Sequence record: ON528734
Length of the DNA: 64,000 nucleotides
Origin: Shigella phage ESh24
Direction: 5' to 3' (one strand)
Made by a program: the position numbers and the translations under genes
Part shown: positions 62,535-64,000 of the stretch, piece by piece
Position numbering within the stretch: position 1 is the first letter of the stretch
Layout: each line of letters begins with the position of its first letter
Notes under the pieces: model-generated
Told to the model about the DNA's origin: nothing
The model's input: the letters and a program-made list of their open reading frames with translations, nothing else
The model's database searches: none

Positions 62535-64000
62535 ATGATGGAACTCATTACAGAATTATTTGACGAAGATACTACTCTTCCGATTACAAACTTAAATCCA
62601 AAGAAGAAAATACCACAAATTTTTTCAGTTCATGTTGATGACGCAATTGAACAACCAGGCTTTCGTTTATGTACCTATACATCTGGAGGTGATACTAATC
62701 GCGATTTAAAGATGGGCGATAAAATGATGCATATTGTTCCTTTTACATTAACTGCTAAAGGTTCAATTGCTAAATTAAAAGGTCTTGGTCCAAGCCCAAT
62801 TAATTATATCAATTCAGTTTTTACTGTTGCAATGCAAACAATGCGCCAGTATAAAATTGATGCTTGTATGCTTCGTATTCTTAAGTCTAAAACTGCTGGC
62901 CAAGCTCGACAAATTCAAGTTATTGCTGATAGACTTATCCGTAGTCGTTCAGGTGGCAGATACGTCCTTCTTAAGGAACTCTGGGATTATGATAAAAAGT
63001 ATGCATATATTCTTATACATCGCAAAAATGTATCACTAGAAGACATTCCAGGAGTTCCGGAAATTAGTACCGAGCTCTTTACTAAAGTTGAATCGAAGGT
63101 CGGTGATGTTTATATCAATAAAGATACTGGGGCTCAAGTAACTAAAAATGAGGCAATTGCAGCATCTATTGCACAAGAAAATGATAAACGTTCTGACCAA
63201 GCTGTAATCGTTAAAGTTAAAATTTCACGTAGAGCAATTGCGCAAAGTCAATCATTGGAATCTTCTAGATTTGAAAGTGAATTATTCCAGAAGTATGAAT
63301 CTACCGCAGCTAATTTCAATAAACCTGCTACAGCTCCTTTAATTCCTGAAGCAGAAGAAATGAAGCTTGGAATTAATTCATTAGCTTCTAAAACTAAGGC
63401 AGCAAAAATTATTGCTGAAGGAACTGCAGATGAACTTCATTATGACTATAAATTCTTTTCAAAAAGTGAGGTTAATGAAGTTTCTGAAAAAATTAAAGAT
63501 GTAATTCTTAATGCGATTAAAAATGAACCAACTACTTCAATAAAATGTTTAGAGAAATACGCAGCAGCTGTTAATCAATTATTTGAAGAATATAAAGATA
63601 ACTGGCTTGATAAACATAATAAAACTCGTAAAGGACAGACAGATGAAGTCTGGGAAGAAATAACTAAAAATTCCTGGAACGCAGCAAAAACTAAATTCCT
63701 CAAACGAATGATTTATAGCTTTTCTGGAATTGGTGCAGGTCCAATGATTGATATTACTATTGCCCGTGATGGTTCTAAATATACTCCATCACAAAAGCGC
63801 GGCATTAGAGAGTATTGTGGTTCAGGATATACTGACATCAATAATCTTCTTTTAGGACGCTACAATCCAGAACGATATGATGTAATGAGTGAAAAAGAAA
63901 TTGAATCTGCTATAAATAACTTAGATTCAGCTTTTGAAAATGGTGACCGTATACCAGAAGGCATTACAGTTTATCGTGCTCAAAGTATGACTGCTCCTAT
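62535..64000 (+). CDS. alt: Alt-like ADP-ribosyltransferase (packaged head protein), 5' partial, runs off window end
   Basis: open frame from ATG 62535 to window end (488+ codons), not in track because no stop; position next to gene 30. Confidence 0.6.
   Translation, partial: MMELITELFDEDTTLPITNLNPKKKIPQIFSVHVDDAIEQPGFRLCTYTSGGDTNRDLKMGDKMMHIVPFTLTAKGSIAKLKGLGPSPINYINSVFTVAMQTMRQYKIDACMLRILKSKTAGQARQIQVIADRLIRSRSGGRYVLLKELWDYDKKYAYILIHRKNVSLEDIPGVPEISTELFTKVESKVGDVYINKDTGAQVTKNEAIAASIAQENDKRSDQAVIVKVKISRRAIAQSQSLESSRFESELFQKYESTAANFNKPATAPLIPEAEEMKLGINSLASKTKAAKIIAEGTADELHYDYKFFSKSEVNEVSEKIKDVILNAIKNEPTTSIKCLEKYAAAVNQLFEEYKDNWLDKHNKTRKGQTDEVWEEITKNSWNAAKTKFLKRMIYSFSGIGAGPMIDITIARDGSKYTPSQKRGIREYCGSGYTDINNLLLGRYNPERYDVMSEKEIESAINNLDSAFENGDRIPEGITVYRAQSMTAP

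Overview
This window is a contiguous stretch of a T4-like (T-even) Escherichia phage genome, collinear with the T4 map but in reverse orientation and running across the conventional map origin (rIIA/rIIB). Gene identities rest on my recall of T4 protein lengths, motifs and gene order; no database search was run. From left to right it carries sp, primase 61, dam, 56, soc, modB/modA, srd, dda, dexA, motB, a single fused gene 39, rIIA, rIIB, denB, ndd, stp, 52, motA and asiA. A convergent late block follows on the minus strand (holin t, adhesin 38, tail-fibre genes 37, 36, 35, 34). The plus strand then resumes with rnh, dsbA, 33, 59, 32, frd, td (group I intron with I-TevI), nrdA, nrdB (group I intron with a full-length I-TevIII-like ORF), denA, RNA ligase 63, alc, pseT, cd, 31, rIII, DNA ligase 30 and the 5' part of alt. 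It is not T4 itself: gene 39 is fused (no gene 60 or bypass element), gp38 is a 259-aa glycine-rich T2-type adhesin, and segF, mobA and mobE appear absent. I found no rRNA, tRNA or CRISPR array. The most notable items are a nuclease-like ORF translationally coupled to dam, two broken small genes (an arn-like ORF and one at a T7 homopolymer), a 397-bp GC-rich ORF-free stretch after rIII, and an extra ORF between frd and td. None of these is established as a new system from sequence alone.
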